This document shows, one piece after another, positions 62,990 through 64,000 of a DNA stretch of 64,000 nucleotides. This stretch comes from Nitrospirota bacterium. GTDB lineage: Bacteria > Nitrospirota > Thermodesulfovibrionia > Thermodesulfovibrionales > UBA9159. The notes beneath the pieces are model-generated. The model ran no database searches. It was not told the origin of the DNA and saw only the letters and a program-made list of their open reading frames with translations. Location of the stretch: assembly GCA_963699545.1 (NCBI GenBank), contig CAVOUE010000007.1, positions 26,965 through 90,964 of the forward strand, read 5' to 3'. A program made the position numbers and the translations under genes. The first letter of the stretch is position 1, and each line of letters starts with the position of its first letter.

Positions 62990-64000
62990 CTATCTATACA
63001 CCTCCGCCAGATCTCTCCCCATTGCATAGAATACCGCTGACTCGGCCCTCCTGAAATCGTAGAGGGAGCGGTAATAGTTCGTCTCGGCCACGGTCAGAAG
63101 GGTAACCGCATCGAGCACCTCAGTGGCGGTACCGACCCCTTCTTCGTACCGCACCCTGTTGATCCTGAGGTTTTCCTCTGCCTGGCCTACCGCGTCTTTT
63201 GCAACGTTGATCCTCTCCTGAGCGTTCTTCAGGTCCAGGATATTCCGTTCCACCTCGAGCCTGATCTCATCCCCCAGTCTTGCCCTCTGTTCCTGCAACT
63301 GGATCTTCTGATGTTCCGTCTTTAACACCTCGGCCTGTGTGCTCCCGCCGCTGAAAAGGTTCATAGTCATCCCCAGGACCAGCGAAGCATTCCCCGCATG
63401 GAGCATATACCTGTTTTCCGTGTAGTCATAAGAAGCGCCTGCAAAAAACCTGGGATAGAATTCGGATTTTCTCGACTTCTCTTCCAGATTCAGGGACCTC
63501 ATGGTCTCGTCAACGATCCTCATCTCCGGCCTTTCGCTGAGCGCTGCTTCCCAGGCCTTTTCCCTGTCCGGAAGCAGGTAATCGGAGGGAGATTCCTGAA
63601 TATCCAGGACCTCGACATCCGAGCTCAACGGCCGGGAAAGCACTGTGTTGAGACGGGACGCATTGATCGCGCGGAGGTTCTTCGCATTCAGAAGCCTCTG
63701 CCGGGCGTCCGCAAGCCTCACTTCCGCCTGGAGCAGGTCATTCCTGGTGATGACCCCGTTTTCAAAGAGGGTCTTCGCGTCATGGAGATGGGAAGAAACA
63801 CTTTCCACCTCTTTTTGAGCAACCAGGACCAGCTTTCCGGCCTCCAGGAGATCAAAATAGACGAGAGCAAAATCGATCGAGATCTGATTTCTGACACGGA
63901 GCGTGTCCAACTTCTTTGTCTCGAGGATCGCCTTGCTCGCCTTGTATCGCGATGCGCTGCCCTCGAAATCATAGAGAAGCTGCTGGATACTCAAACTGTA
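62990..64000 (-). CDS. TolC-like outer membrane efflux protein (5' end beyond the window)
   Basis: 334+ aa with repeated coiled-coil segments and NYYRSLYDFRRAESAVFYAMG at the C-terminus, typical of the outer membrane factor family. The frame stays open to position 64000. The stop abuts the emrA ATG. Confidence 0.8.
   Translation of the reverse strand, partial: YSLSIQQLLYDFEGSASRYKASKAILETKKLDTLRVRNQISIDFALVYFDLLEAGKLVLVAQKEVESVSSHLHDAKTLFENGVITRNDLLQAEVRLADARQRLLNAKNLRAINASRLNTVLSRPLSSDVEVLDIQESPSDYLLPDREKAWEAALSERPEMRIVDETMRSLNLEEKSRKSEFYPRFFAGASYDYTENRYMLHAGNASLVLGMTMNLFSGGSTQAEVLKTEHQKIQLQEQRARLGDEIRLEVERNILDLKNAQERINVAKDAVGQAEENLRINRVRYEEGVGTATEVLDAVTLLTVAETNYYRSLYDFRRAESAVFYAMGRDLAEVYR

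Overview
Dense, mostly housekeeping bacterial chromosome segment: about 60 protein genes and one tRNA. There is no rRNA, CRISPR array, transposase, integrase or phage gene.

Layout:
- 0-14 kb (minus strand): liv-type amino-acid ABC transporter, thiE, accC-accB-efp, an M24 peptidase, aroQ, a Roadblock/LC7 + TPR pair, the conserved yicC-remA-gmk-rpoZ-coaBC block, and a nucleotide-sugar dehydrogenase.
- 14-17 kb (plus strand): rplU-rpmA-obg-proB.
- 17.2-22.8 kb: four-gene glycan-modification cluster (GT2, an ATP-grasp-like unknown, a CapK/PaaK-like adenylating enzyme, an AsnB-like amidotransferase).
- 23-32 kb: DUF4416, TlpA, ClpC, an atypical NDK-like gene, malate dehydrogenase and CorC/CNNM. 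An isocitrate dehydrogenase is translationally coupled to an HMGL-family synthase, which I read as a Re-citrate synthase candidate.
- 32.5-36.7 kb: fabG-acpP-fabF-rnc and pdxJ-acpS.
- 37-47.8 kb: same-strand signalling island with three histidine kinases, a NarL-type regulator, a solute-binding lipoprotein, a CheY-like receiver and a REC-GAF-GAF-HD-GYP protein. It is interrupted by a four-helix-bundle (23S rRNA IVS protein / Avd family) gene bracketed by inverted arrays of a GCTGAnn heptamer.
- 47.8-64 kb: GH57 enzyme, ftsB-eno, an unknown helical protein, lpdA-gcvH, mutS, a DsrE-like protein, a 12-heme cytochrome c, tRNA-Gly(CCC), MarC, and an EmrAB/TolC-type efflux operon.

Main technical feature: about 20 single-base frame disruptions sit in otherwise well-conserved genes, many of them essential. 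Many, though not all, lie at short homopolymers, and they are strongly concentrated at 9.7-11.8 kb. I interpret them as assembly indel errors, not real pseudogenes.

I found no convincing novel defence or mobile system. The most unusual items are the heptamer-flanked four-helix-bundle cassette, the Re-citrate-synthase/IDH/MDH grouping, the signalling island, and a few uncharacterised proteins. All coordinates and translations beyond the supplied ORF track were derived by hand and should be verified computationally.
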